Below, in pieces: positions 12,421 to 25,830 of a stretch of 64,000 bases of DNA (within the stretch, counting starts at the first letter, position 1; each line of letters begins with the position of its first letter). The notes beneath the pieces were generated by a model that did not search any database, was not told the origin of the DNA, and worked only from the letters and a program-made list of their open reading frames with translations. The stretch is taken from positions 2,356,001 to 2,420,000 of the forward strand of contig OX597825.1 of assembly GCA_951406725.2 (NCBI GenBank), in the 5' to 3' direction. Both the position numbers and the translations under genes were made by a program. The DNA comes from Octopus vulgaris (Eukaryota).

Positions 12421-13357
12421 AACCACGAAGTAGAACAGTCTCACTTTATCTTTTTACTGCATTGTTTAGGATGGTACAATGATAATTTTGGTTGACATAG
12501 CCTCATATCAAATCCATATAAATGAAGTCTGGGAAAAACATGAGGTTCTATAGGTTACGTAACATGAGAGGTTGAAGAATTTGAAGGATGATGTAATGTT
12601 GCAGATGCAATTAACTCTGGTTGATTTGAAATGGTAATCTTTTCGGTCTCGTCATTTTCCCAGGCTTCGGAGACTTTAGAAGTTCCGATCGAAAACATAG
12701 ACAAGATTGATCTTTGTCGTTTTATAGCTTTTTAATTTGAATAAAATGCAATTTTTTTTAGTTCATGCGAAATGAAATAACATTGCTTTAAAGAAAAGCA
12801 AACTATAAATATTTATTATTTTGAAAAATAGAGTGTCCAGGGAATTTTCTCATAGACAAGCCGAAATGTCTGTTCCGACTTTATATTTTTTATGTTGCGG
12901 CATGATTTTGAACGGAGAGATCACGTCATAATTCAAATTGTGTAGGCAGAATATAAGCTATTGATAATCTGGAGAAGTCCTTACCTTTTTCGATGACAAT
13001 CAAAAAAAAAAAAAAGAACGTAAATTTGTCATTGCTAAGAGAATGAGATTCTGAGAGGAACTAATCACTTCCGATATCTCTTTTTATTTGTATGTGTGTG
13101 TAGGTTTGTGTATATATGTATATACACAAATATTTATGTGTACATATATATTTCAAGTGACACCAAACGTTTTGCTTCTTCATTCTTATTTTAATCTTTG
13201 TCTTCCTGCTCAAAAACAAACGACTTCCATCCGCCTCTGGTCCTCAGTCTCCGCGTTACACTCTCAGGAGCAGTTCAAACCGGAGTTTTAGTGGTAAAGC
13301 AAATCGGGTTTACCTGTTACCTTACATCAGTTGACGAAAACACCTTATATATTCTGT

Positions 13358-13359
<2 letters not shown>

Positions 13360-13409
<50 letters not shown>

Positions 13410-13428
13410 ACACTCACACACACACACG
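13360..13428. repeat. (CA)n microsatellite
   Basis: Directly visible. Confidence 0.95.
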
Positions 13429-14534
13429 CTCAGATATTGTGTTTTTATTTGATTGTGCGCGCGCATGTGTGCATGTGTGCTTGTATGTTTGTACACAGAA
13501 TATCGCCTTGGTGAAATGGTAAATTTTTACGACTATACAGTGTGCAGCTGACACGAAATTCTATTACAAATTTTTCTGCCTTCTTTTGTATTTCATATAT
13601 AGTGACGTTAATGTTAGAATTGTTCATACATAAAGTGATATATACCACCAAACAGATATAGGTGAATTATCAATGCTTGTTGTAGACCCGTTATTGTTAT
13701 ATGGACTGAGTTGACTAAAATTTTAATTGTTGAAATTTGCCGTGTATTGTAACTCCTAGACACATAACTACAAATATATGGATAGCGTGTCTTTGTGCGT
13801 GGTTGCCTGCCGATGTTTCTGTATATAAATTATTGTGTACAGTTTGTTGTCAACTTCTTCTGAATTGTATAAATGCAAATACAGTGCTAAAATAGCAAAG
13901 AGAGAAGCAGTCTATAGTGTGATGGAAAACATCTCAAAGGTTGGAAACGCCGCCCAGATATTTAAATACATTGACGAGAAAGGTGCCTCATGTTGTGCAA
14001 GAAAAGAAGCATGTCTAGACATCTTTTGTTCGGTACCAAAGCTAAATCAACTCCAGGAATTCTAATTAACACGACGATAACTTTTGCGGTAAATGCATCG
14101 CCGCTTAAGTATGACATTTACTTTTCAATCGTCAGACTTAGGTCGGTGTAAAAACTTCAACGTCAGTATCTTTATCATATTGATTAATGATGTTATCTCC
14201 TAATCACATTGGACTGAACTACGATCAAAGCATGTCTGACGATAAACTATTCCATTCTTTTCTCCTGTAGAGTGCACTGTAGGCAACTTTAACCGATGTC
14301 TCTCCTAATTTAAGTAGGTATTCTATGTGTTGAGCAGAATAATTGAATGCTTCTCTTTTTTTTCTTTGAATAATTAGAATAAAATACCGTATTATCGTTT
14401 ACTTCCACACCCTCCCCCCAAAACGAGAAAAAAGAAGAAAAAAGAGAAAAATAAGATTGCGTAGAGTCCATTTGAAATATAAGCAATTCATTTAATAGAA
14501 GTGTCTTCGATAATTTGACAAAATAGTATATCTA

Positions 14535-14670
14535 CCGGACGAAATTACCTGCGACATGCTTTTCACTTCCCTTATGTCCTGTGTTCAAATTATGGTGAAC
14601 ACAACGGTGCAATTACATCCTTCAGGTGTTCTCTTCAAATATTGGTTTCGACGTAATTGAATCATAGTAT
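14535..14670 (+). mobile_element. Highly degenerate SINE copy (family of 25622-25790)
   Basis: ccggacgaaat...tgtgttcaaatt...catccttc...ggtttcgacgtaattga is colinear with the family. Confidence 0.35.
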
Positions 14671-15649
14671 TGAAATTCATACTTCACTCGGTGATAGAAT
14701 ACTGTTGTGAATCCCGACCAAATATTTTTATTAATACTAGTAGTCTTGACTATAACCTGGCGATTTGCGGCGACTGTGGATGTTATTAGTATTAAAAGGC
14801 ATAAGCGGTGGGCATTCCCACAGTGTAAATCTTTTATAACTGTACTCAAAGCAAGTTTAAACATTAAAGGTTGTATTCTCGTATTTTGAGTTTTATACAC
14901 ATTTAATATGTATAATATAACAATTATTAAGGAGTAAAGCCTAAGGTTATATCTATGAACATTTGGAAAACTAGGTAACTTGTAATGAAGTTCCCAAAGT
15001 TGAGCAATTCCACTTTATGAATCTAATCTGTTTGCTTGTCATCGATAGTTGAAAACTATTAATAAAAGAAGCAGAAGCATAGATTTGCTGGTGAGAATTT
15101 AGCAAATGGAAGTCGTAACTAATTACACTGGAATCAAACGGTAGAATAATAAATTAGTTTACTACACGAAACTAATTTTAAATGTTTCAAACAATATGTA
15201 TATGCTTGTGAAATTAATTACATTAAGACACGAATATTCTTTACAACCATTGGTTGCTCATTTTTCATATGGATAATTTCTGAATTAATCCTCGTAAGAC
15301 ACGAAAAGTTTGATTACAACATGACAATAACTGCCGTAGGCTTGTTAAACTCTTACGCAACTGTTAATGCTGAGGTACAATATGTGGGTTTTTAAATTAT
15401 TAACTAAAGTTTAACATCTTTTCAATTTAAGATATATTAAAGAAATGTCTGCAAGTGATTTCTGATTATAAATGAGTGTATCTCGACAAAAAAGAAAATG
15501 TTATGCTCTGTGCATCGAAGCATGTGTTTACAGACACGTATATATACAAAACACTCGTAAATAATATATATCACACTGTCACCCATACCGACACCGACAG
15601 CACGCATACAAACACGCATTTTTGAGAGATTTGATCATTGATGATGGAA

Positions 15650-16060
15650 CGTTTGCGGAGTAGCTAGAAAGAAGTAACATGAGCAAGATATTTGGGATGC
15701 ATAACAAAGCTGACGAGTACTGATATAGAGGGCGCTAAACATCAACAACATGTGTGAGTATATGAAGATGTGATTGGATATGCTTATAAGAAAAGCAGAC
15801 GAATGGGTTCTTAGAAAGTAATTTGTGCTCATGGTCAGAGAATGTGGAACGCTTGCATTAGGGTTTTGGTAGACGTATTTGAGTTATTTCAGCTTCATAT
15901 ATTTTATTCAACGAATGAACAGAGTGCAAAGAGTCCAGAGGATGTGGGAAAGAGGGATAAAGAAAACAAAATATATAAAGATTATCTGCGAAATGGAGAC
16001 CGTGTCGGAAATATATTTACCTACAGAGAGGCATGCCAAAGCCAGGTCTGTGTCCTAACG
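15650..16060 (+). mobile_element. Possible decayed 3' part of an RTE LINE
   Basis: Purine-rich tract translating to fragments such as LERSNMSKIFGM and MLIRKADEWVLRK, loosely like the RTE C-terminal region; no intact motif. Confidence 0.25.
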
Positions 16061-17775
16061 GCAGTAATATATTGTATACTAGCCTCCTCCACACTCTGGC
16101 ATAAGCACAAATACATATTACATTTAGCATCATTTATCGCCCTTTACTGAATCTCCTTAAGCTGGAGGCAAATAACAAAGACAGTAGTTTGATAATTTTG
16201 TAACGTTTGTAAGATAAAGAAATACTTGTAATTAAACTGTTTCTAAGGAAACCGTTTTAAGTCTCACCAAATATAAACCAGGACATAGATATTTCCACAT
16301 TTTAAAAATATTTATTTAACGCTCAAAATAGAAGTAACATAATTTTTCACAAACATTACATGTTTTCAGATTACTGTTGATTCTTATCTCTGAATGATTT
16401 ATTACAATTCCATATATATTAAATTGTCTTTATGATTCAAAATTTTCCTGAATATTTTCAAAACATTTCTAACAGAAAATTATGTAATACATATCTAACT
16501 GTAATACAATAAATATGAGAACCAATTCATAGAATCTTACTATACGGCGTAGGGTATTCGTTTTGAAAGCGTACAACTTTAGTCCTCTTTAGAAAGAAGC
16601 TTGATACCTAAACACTTCCACATTTTATCTTACTAAACTTTCATAAGGTAATCATATATTTGTCTCATCGGATTTTATGTCTTATCAAATTACCACCGAT
16701 ATTCGTATATGAATGGTATATTATAGAAGACAAATTTGATATCTACGAAATAGCTTTTGTTTTTAAAACAGTCTTAAAAAATTTCTAACAGAAGCTTAAG
16801 AAATCTATATTTAGTCTTACGTCCCTATATAATATGAGTAAAAATCCTTGAATCCTATTTACGGCACCGAATGTTTGATTAGCAGAACTCATTTGATAGA
16901 AAAGCATCAAGTTTCAACACTGATTGGATTACAGAAAAAGCTCATTATTTTCACGAGAGATCGTTTATCAGTAGATAAAATAGCATAACCATTCCAGATG
17001 CCCCCTTAAATTTATTTCGTTGCCACATTCTTATTCACTCCCAAGTATAAGATAATATTTGCAATTCTTTTTGATAAAAAAGTATATAAAAATAAATAAT
17101 TTTTTCACTAGAAAATTTACCGAAGCACATCTATATTATTGTTGAAAATAATGGTTTCTTGAATGTTTTCCTGTTTTCAAAGAATTCGCAGATAACTTTT
17201 CGTTGTAATTAAGTTACATGTGTCTAAAATGAAACCAAAATGACAAAAATTGTAATCAAGCCTATAAAATGTAGATTCACCTCTGACTTCGCAACAAGCT
17301 ATATAATGATAGAATCGGTTTTATTTATTTTCGTTCTTGCGCTTGTTGATGTTATTCACGTTGATGTTGTTGCTGTTGTTGTTTTTCTCGAAGAAACCAA
17401 TAAATAACCAAATGAAACATTTCATCAATCAAAACAAAAGTTCACATTAATAGTCTAGAGGGCTTTTCAAGTAATTTATATCTCATAGTCTTTCTGTGTT
17501 CAAAATATCTGATTTCTATATTAGGAAATAACGTTTTTTTGTTTTGCTTTTAATTTTTTTTTCTTTTATGGTACGATTTTTTTTTCACTTTCCATCACTG
17601 CTTCTGATGAGATTTAAAAAAAAAGAAGAAAATGAAAAAAAATTATATATATAAAATTGATAAATAAATACAAAAACACTGGGCCCTAAATTAATCAATA
17701 AAAGTCTTCTGCATACAATCCATTCTACTATATCATCAGTGAAATATATTTCTACTCTCCATGGTTAGCACCATT

Positions 17776-17949
17776 CCATACATACATACATGCATACATT
17801 CATACATACATACATGCACACATACATACATACATACATACATGCATACATTCATACATGCATGCATACATACACACATACATATATAGATACATACATG
17901 CAGACATACATGCATGCATACAAACATACATACATACATGCATACGTAC

Positions 17950-18013
<64 letters not shown>

Positions 18014-18120
18014 GTGTGTGAGTGTGTGTGCGCATATTTGTATCTATATATACATACTTACATACGTAATACATATATAAATATATATATGTGTATATAT
18101 GTATATATATATATATATAT
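17776..18120. repeat. Compound (CATA)n/(TA)n/(TG)n microsatellite
   Basis: Directly visible. Confidence 0.95.
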
Positions 18121-19109
18121 GAGTGGACAAACGAAAGAAGGGCACTGAAAGAATTTATTGGGAGTTGCGTATATGAATCAAACGAGTTTGATTCAAATTC
18201 GTTGCCACTCTTGATTTTGAAACGTGATGCTAGTTGTCAGCCATTTCTACTCTCTTGAATGAAACTGTTTATATACGCATTTATATACGCATACATAGGC
18301 ATAGACAAACACAGGAGTGAACATACTTGTTGTTGGATTACATCCGGAGGCCATCCTTCATGAAAGAATTTTTAAATCAGTGGAGCTCGCCCAAGAATTT
18401 CCTAATTTCTTTCAGAGCAATCTGTATCTGGGATTATACGTATCTAGCGATTACTCAATTTTGAGACGGTTACATTTTATCGATGTAAATATTTGAAGGT
18501 GTTCTTAACTTTCAGTTCTACCATAAAATTTAAAACATTAGTTCCCAAATATTTTCAGACTGCTGCCCCCTTGGCCCCAGGACATCATTCCTAGCACTCC
18601 CTCACACTCTCCTCCACAAATGTAGACCACTTTCTGCAGAAAATCCAAAGCAACTATATCTTACAAATAAAACTTAAACTTAATTAACGTATTAATATTT
18701 TTTTGACATCTATCACCGCATTTCGGCCAACCCATTATCAACCCACTTTTCTTCAACGTCTCCTCAGATTTTTGCACCGCCACTAAGGGGGCAGTAATGC
18801 TCACTTTGAGAAGTACTGAATTGAACGCTTTGTAAGTACTAACTGAAATTTTGAATTATGTCGCTTGGATAAGGGGAGTTTAAAATAGCTGAAAGTGTCT
18901 CGACTAAAAAAAAATATATATATATCAGCGATTCCGAAGCAGCAGGAAACGACCGGCCATTGTAGTTGCATCAGAATACACAAAACGTGCATACTCGGAA
19001 TTTCTCTACTACGCAAATGGTTGACAAAACTTCATTAACTAGTTACACCACTCTTTGTCTTGTGTCTATAATTATGCATGCATTTAAATGTGCATACACA
19101 CGCACTCAC

Positions 19110-19348
<239 letters not shown>

Positions 19349-20030
19349 TTAGGTCGTCAAGTATGAAATTTGTAGTAAAGTATATGGTAAGCTTTGACAG
19401 CGGCTGATTTTACGCCATTATTATATTTTGAAAATCTTTATTTTTTGTTAGAAAGCTAACACAACTATCGTTCATTCTAACTCATTTTGCGCTTTATAAA
19501 GTTTATTTTATATCGTTTTTTGTTACTTCTTTTTAGAGATGGATATGTCGGAAATTAGTACAGTTTTGAAATATGAGTTGTTTCTTGGAATACAGCATCG
19601 CATACAGCTCGGAATATTAATGGAGTATTTCATTCTAATGTTCTTACACAGCAGACACTATCAAATAGGTTTGCAAAATTTCTTTCTGCTCATTTTGAAC
19701 TTAGAAATGAGCAACGCGGTCGACCAGAAACAAAGTTGGATAATGACGAACTGAACGCCATCGTAGAGTCAGATCCATCTCAAAGTGTCCGTGAATTACT
19801 GTTGTTGTTTGGTGTTAGCAAGCAAACAACATTGACTCAGTTCAAATTAGTAAGCAGAAACATTTGGATAAGTGGGTTCCATATGAACGAAATGAAAATC
19901 AGAAACAGCAACATTATTCTACTTTCTGGTCACAAAAATGAACAATTTTTGAATCAAATAGATCCAATACAACAACCGTAAACGTTCAGCACAATGGTTG
20001 AACAAACACGAGATACCAAAACACAAAATA
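19349..20030 (+). mobile_element. Mariner element, 5' half with left TIR and decayed transposase
   Basis: TA followed by TTAGGTCGTCAAG (mariner-type TIR start). Joined frames read MDMSEISTVLKYE...TARNINGVF...QRGRPETKLDNDELNAIVESDPSQSVREL...WVPYE...YNNRKRSAQWL, including the WVPHEL-type motif. Catalytic domain deleted. Confidence 0.85.
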
Positions 20031-20184
20031 GAGGAGGATCAGTTAATTATGATTTTATCCAACGTATTCCAATCTCAGAATCACTCACTTATAGCAGTTT
20101 TTCTTCCGTTTTTCCAAGCCCTGTAAAAGAACTCGGAAGGTGGGGTCTCCAACCAGACCTTTCGTGATACTCTTAAATACATAC

Positions 20185-20220
<36 letters not shown>

Positions 20221-20296
20221 ATAATATATATATGTATATATGTATTCATTGATATATATACATATATACATATATAAGTGTATGTATGTATTTATT

Positions 20297-20327
<31 letters not shown>

Positions 20328-20329
20328 GC

Positions 20330-20490
20330 ATATACGACGAACTTGTTTGAGTTTCCGTCTACTGAATTCACTGGAAAAGATTTGGTTAGTCGCCGACTGT
20401 AGAAGACACTGCTCCAGTTACTGGCAGTTGGATCGAACACAAGGTCTCTTGCTTGGGAACAAGCTTCGCCACCACACAAACACGGCCGTG
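20330..20490 (-). mobile_element. 5' half of tRNA-derived SINE (family of 28948-29447)
   Basis: Reverse complement: gcgaagcttgttcccaagc...gttcgatcc...cagtgtcttctacag...gtagacggaaactc. Confidence 0.65.
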
Positions 20491-21044
20491 CCTTATCAAT
20501 GACTGTTGATTTGTGTTAGTTAAGTCGCACAATATTGGAACTGTATTAAGACTTGTCTCGTCATTTGGTGTCGAAAAACATTGCACTGTATAGCATTCAT
20601 TGGCCTTATATTGTAAAGAGGAAATTATTTCAGAGAAATGTTATCTAAAACAAACAACTATAGTAATCGATAAGTTCTGTTACGAATATTGACAGTTTAT
20701 TTTTAAGCTCATGCAAATTCCATTCCTGTTATTTATATTACTTCATAGCAAAGCCAGACAACAAATGGGAAAAAGTGTTCGTATTTATGAGATATTAAGT
20801 ATAAACACACAACCATTCATAGATTTACAGCACACTTGACTATACAACCTACACCATGTACAAATATTCTAGAGTGCAAGGACCTGTTGTCTAAGTATAT
20901 TTTTAATGATTAACTCACAGAAAGTGTCCAGAATATTAGAGAAAAATCACGCAGTATTTAGAAAATAAATCCACAATACTTTTCATTTTAAAGTACAAGC
21001 GATGTTTTAAGTTGTTCCATTGTCTGATCCAGCATTAAAGCGAA

Positions 21045-21185
21045 CACACACACACACACAAGCACACATACACATGCACACACAGGCACATTCACGTACA
21101 TACACACACCCTAAGTCACACACAGATTTACACATGCATATGTTTATATAAAAACATGTCCATAAGTATTTGCATGTGTATATTC

Positions 21186-21248
<63 letters not shown>

Positions 21249-21470
21249 CATATATATATGCACACACAAGCATTAATATAATACATACAAGCATACACAT
21301 ACGAATACATATGTGTATATATGTATATGCATGTGTTTATGTATACGCATATATATGTATACAAACATACTTGCATATATACTCATATACATATATATGT
21401 GTACACACACACACACACATACACACACATAAATAGATATATATATGAATGCGTGCATGTGTTTGTATAA
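21045..21470. repeat. Degenerate (CA)/(TA) microsatellite tract
   Basis: Directly visible. Confidence 0.9.
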
Positions 21471-21924
21471 GATGACGGGAAACACGAATCGACCCTAGAA
21501 GTGCTAAAGATTAAAACGAGTTAATGGCAACTAATATATTGGCATCTGTAAAAAAGTATTATAAAAAAAAAAAGTATTGATATCTAATGAATCCTTCAGA
21601 AAGGTTGCGAGGGGCAGAGGGAGATATTTAAACCTCTGACATAGCTTACCATGTGTTCGGCCGGTATTCATATCACGTTCACGAAAGATTTTCCTTTCCT
21701 TCGAAAGAAAAAAAAATGCTTGAACGCAAATAAAATAAAGTAAAATAAATAAATGAATACATAAGCAGCAACAGAAACCATAAATACAAGAAATAACTTA
21801 AAGGCAATAATAGAAAACAATAAGGAAAATTACAATAACATCTTTACTATTGACTATGAATGCTGAAGAAAATCAAACGGCTGTTATAGCATCTAAACGT
21901 CCAGTCACACATTGCTTTTATGAG

Positions 21925-22009
<85 letters not shown>

Positions 22010-22011
<2 letters not shown>

Positions 22012-22238
22012 CGGAGATGTACTCGCATAGCAAGTAATTTGATCTGAGATCGTGTGCTGAAACGAAAACAATTGCAGCGTGGGAGGTGTTTATAAGCCAT
22101 TTAAGAAACACACAAAAGCCGTTCGATTCACTCCAACATTTAAGTTTAATTTGTCAAAATATTTTCGTCGCTAAAATCCGCGACCTGTTCACTGACAAAG
22201 TCCGTGCTGCATCTAAGAAAGTAACAGTTAGTTCGTCA
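22010..22238 (-). mobile_element. Penelope-like pseudo-LTR-type repeat abutting a long (TA)n tract (21928-22009)
   Basis: Unique-complexity insert between microsatellites, with a hammerhead-fold motif followed by about 140 nt of 3' sequence. Confidence 0.6.
22150..22199 (-). ncRNA. Type I hammerhead-fold motif with variant core GUGAACA (G3:C8)
   Basis: Reverse complement: uuuguca-GUGAACA-g-gucgc-ggauuuua-gcgac-GAAA-auau-UU-ugacaaa. Perfect 7-bp stem I, 5-bp stem II, palindromic AAUAUU stem III. Confidence 0.75.
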
Positions 22239-22722
22239 TATATATGTATGTACGTATGTATGTGTGTATGTATGCATACATGTGTGTATGTATGTACGTA
22301 TTCATGTCCGCACATACGCCTGTGTATGCATGTATGTATGTATGTATGTATGTATGTATGTATGTATATATGTATGTGTGTGTATAAGCACGCACATACA
22401 CTCTATAAAACATAAAGTTATAAACCTGTAGCGATGGATGGATGTTGAAGGTTGTATACATATTTACATATATGTTTGTATAGACGCACACATATATATA
22501 TATGTGTGTGTGGGTGTGTGTTTGTTCCTCTCATCATCGTCTAACCGTGAATTATATATATATAATTATATATATATATAATTATATATGTAGCTACATC
22601 TATACTGACGAGTGCACACACAAATTCAGACGCAGATTCTCTCTCTCTCTCTCACACACACACATACATACAAGAGATATGAAACAATGGCAGTTATTCA
22701 CATCTAGAGACGCGTCTATGTA

Positions 22723-23046
<324 letters not shown>

Positions 23047-23065
23047 CAACCATCTCTTCGTCTTC

Positions 23066-23102
<37 letters not shown>

Positions 23103-23155
23103 TATATATGTGTGTGTGTGTGCATATGTATGTATATATATGCTTACACACACAA

Positions 23156-23188
<33 letters not shown>

Positions 23189-24009
23189 CGAACATATAAG
23201 GTCTTATATTCATAGATACAGATATAGACATATATATATGTAAAGGCATGTGTGTGTGTAAGTATGCAAGTGTGTGTGTGTGTGTCTATATATGTCTTTG
23301 TAAATATATGTATATATGCGTGCATATGATTTCGTATCTGTGTATAATTATATAATTATGAGAGAAGGACAGTGAGATGTCTATACTGGATTCCCGTTCC
23401 TTGCTATGCTCCTAGTAATTGATGTTCAGTCGTTACATTAGTTGGTGACTAAAACAAGAGAACTGTCTTATCAAATCCGCTAATATTTTGCAATGAAAAT
23501 AACGATTAAATTAATAATTACTCGAAGATGAATTTCAAAGAAACATTGGGAAAAGAAAATGAAATAAAATAGACGACACAGACGACGGAGATGATTTCTA
23601 AGCTAAAACAAACAGTCGATAATACGAACGAATCTTGTTTGAAGTTTATGTGTTTTTTTCCCTTAGATTTGCAAAGAAAAATATTATACAAACACGCGCA
23701 AGCCCACACGCACACTAAGACACACACAAACGCATACACTTATACAACTACATAGACAAACACTAACACACGGACGCGCACACACTCGTACACACACATA
23801 CGTAAGTTCAAATAGAACTTGCAGCAGGAACCATTATAGGGTGGTGCGAATATAAAAGAATCTTGTTTAAACAAATAGGTTATATAATAATAACTTCGAA
23901 ACTGCTATTTTTAAAACTGTGTTTAATCATATCCTACATTGAAATATAGTAAATGGATATGCATGTTGTAGCTGATACATGTAGCTGGAAACGTACACAC
24001 GCACTTACA

Positions 24010-24061
24010 TGCCTACATATATACCTATATATGTATATGTATGTATACATACATACATACA

Positions 24062-24096
<35 letters not shown>

Positions 24097-24245
24097 CACA
24101 TATATATATATATATACGTATATATATATATATGTATCTATCTATCTATCTATATATCTATAGTTATATATATACGTATATATATATCTGCACACACACA
24201 CACACACACACACAACCATATATATATATCTGTATGCCTGTATAT

Positions 24246-24319
<74 letters not shown>

Positions 24320-24470
24320 GCGTATAGGTATTTATATATGTGCTTATGTTTGCGTATATATATATACACCTTTTTTCATGCATATGCCTTTCTGTGTGTT
24401 TTTTGTGTGTATGTGTGTGCATGTGTGTGTGTGTGTGTATGAGCGTGTGAGTGTGTTTACACGTACATAA
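24010..24470. repeat. Compound (TA)/(CA)/(TG) microsatellite tract
   Basis: Directly visible. Confidence 0.9.
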
Positions 24471-24714
24471 TTCCATCAAATATTTTCTTTCAAACACTTT
24501 TCTATAGAGAACATCATTTTTGATATAAAACATCTAAGTTCTTTGTTAAATCAAAATTCTAAGAAAAGCAGGTTAGAAAAGAAAATGTATTTAGTTATTA
24601 GGATAAATGCGAATATCTTTCAAAATTCAATTTGCGCTTGTAAATTTTTATGCTTAATGCTATGTTTCTAGATTTAATAGCATGTTTTTTTCCCCAATTT
24701 CTTGTTGTTGCCAA

Positions 24715-24787
24715 TATTGTTATTATTATTATTATTACTATTATTATCATTATCATCATCATCATCATCATCATTATTATTATTATT

Positions 24788-24819
<32 letters not shown>

Positions 24820-24917
24820 TATTTTTATTATTATTATTATCATCATCATCATCATCATCATAATCATCATCATCATAATCATCATCATCATCATTAATAT
24901 TACTATTATCATTATTA

Positions 24918-24975
<58 letters not shown>

Positions 24976-24999
24976 CAATAGCTTCATCATGATGATGAT
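24715..24999. repeat. Compound (ATT)n/(ATC)n trinucleotide microsatellite
   Basis: Directly visible; source of the poly-Ile/His/Met ORFs. Confidence 0.95.
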
Positions 25000-25621
25000 G
25001 TTAAAAATATGCTTTATGCCGTTTATTTTTTATGTACTTACTTCTGTAAAGAAAAGAAATAATAGTTTTCAGCAAATGTTTCATTTATTCAGAAACTTGT
25101 ATTAAGATGTCGTACAATAAATACGGTTTTGCAAGATGATAAGCATATTGCTTTTGACTGCTGTAGGTCATTCAGGAAATTGACAGAGATATGTGTAAAA
25201 AAATTATAATAACATTTAAACTATAGGAAAAAACAATACCGAATACAGATATATAAATTGAAATTTGGAGGTGAACCTAACTAAGCTATGAAAATATGAT
25301 AAAAAATTTTTGGTGAGTTATTATAGTGGTTTTGAAATTAACATAGAAATATGTAGTTTTGCTAAAGCTGTAGAGACACGGGTAACAGAGAATTGTACAA
25401 GAACGGTCAAAATGTAGTGCCACATATATGATGCCCACATACTATACAATTATTGTGGGTGGGCATCATTTAACAACAATGCTGATGGACTTCGCCATGA
25501 ATTTAAATCTCGTGAAAAGGCAATGGCGTGAGTTCTGATTAGATATTTTTTATCATGGTAACTGCAGGGTGAAAACTTATTTCGTTCTGAAATAGAAGGT
25601 GCGGACGGTATTTGAGGTATA

Positions 25622-25790
25622 TAAGGCAGCGAGCTGGCAAAATCCTTTGCACGCCGGGCGAAATGCGTAACCATATTTCGTCTGCCGTTATGTTCTGAGT
25701 TCAAATTCCGCCGTGGTCAACCTTGCGCTTCATCCTTTCGGGGTCGATAAATTAAATACCACCTAACGCACTGGGGTCGATGTAAATCAA
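25622..25790 (+). mobile_element. tRNA-derived SINE with Deu/Nin-type domain, 3'-truncated
   Basis: aggcagcgagctggcaaaat head, B box gagttcaaattcc, domain cttcatcctttcggggtcgataaattaaatacc, then ctggggtcgatgtaa. Confidence 0.8.
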
Positions 25791-25830
25791 CTTCGACCCA
25801 GCGTCGAGGCGGTTATTGATGCTTGTGGTG

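Noticed and set aside
13835-14065. 76-aa ORF of ordinary composition
   Set aside because: No motif or supporting exons; length is within chance expectation.
18760-18818. hAT-like terminal sequence (cactttgagaagtactg)
   Set aside because: No matching opposite TIR or 8-bp TSD found.
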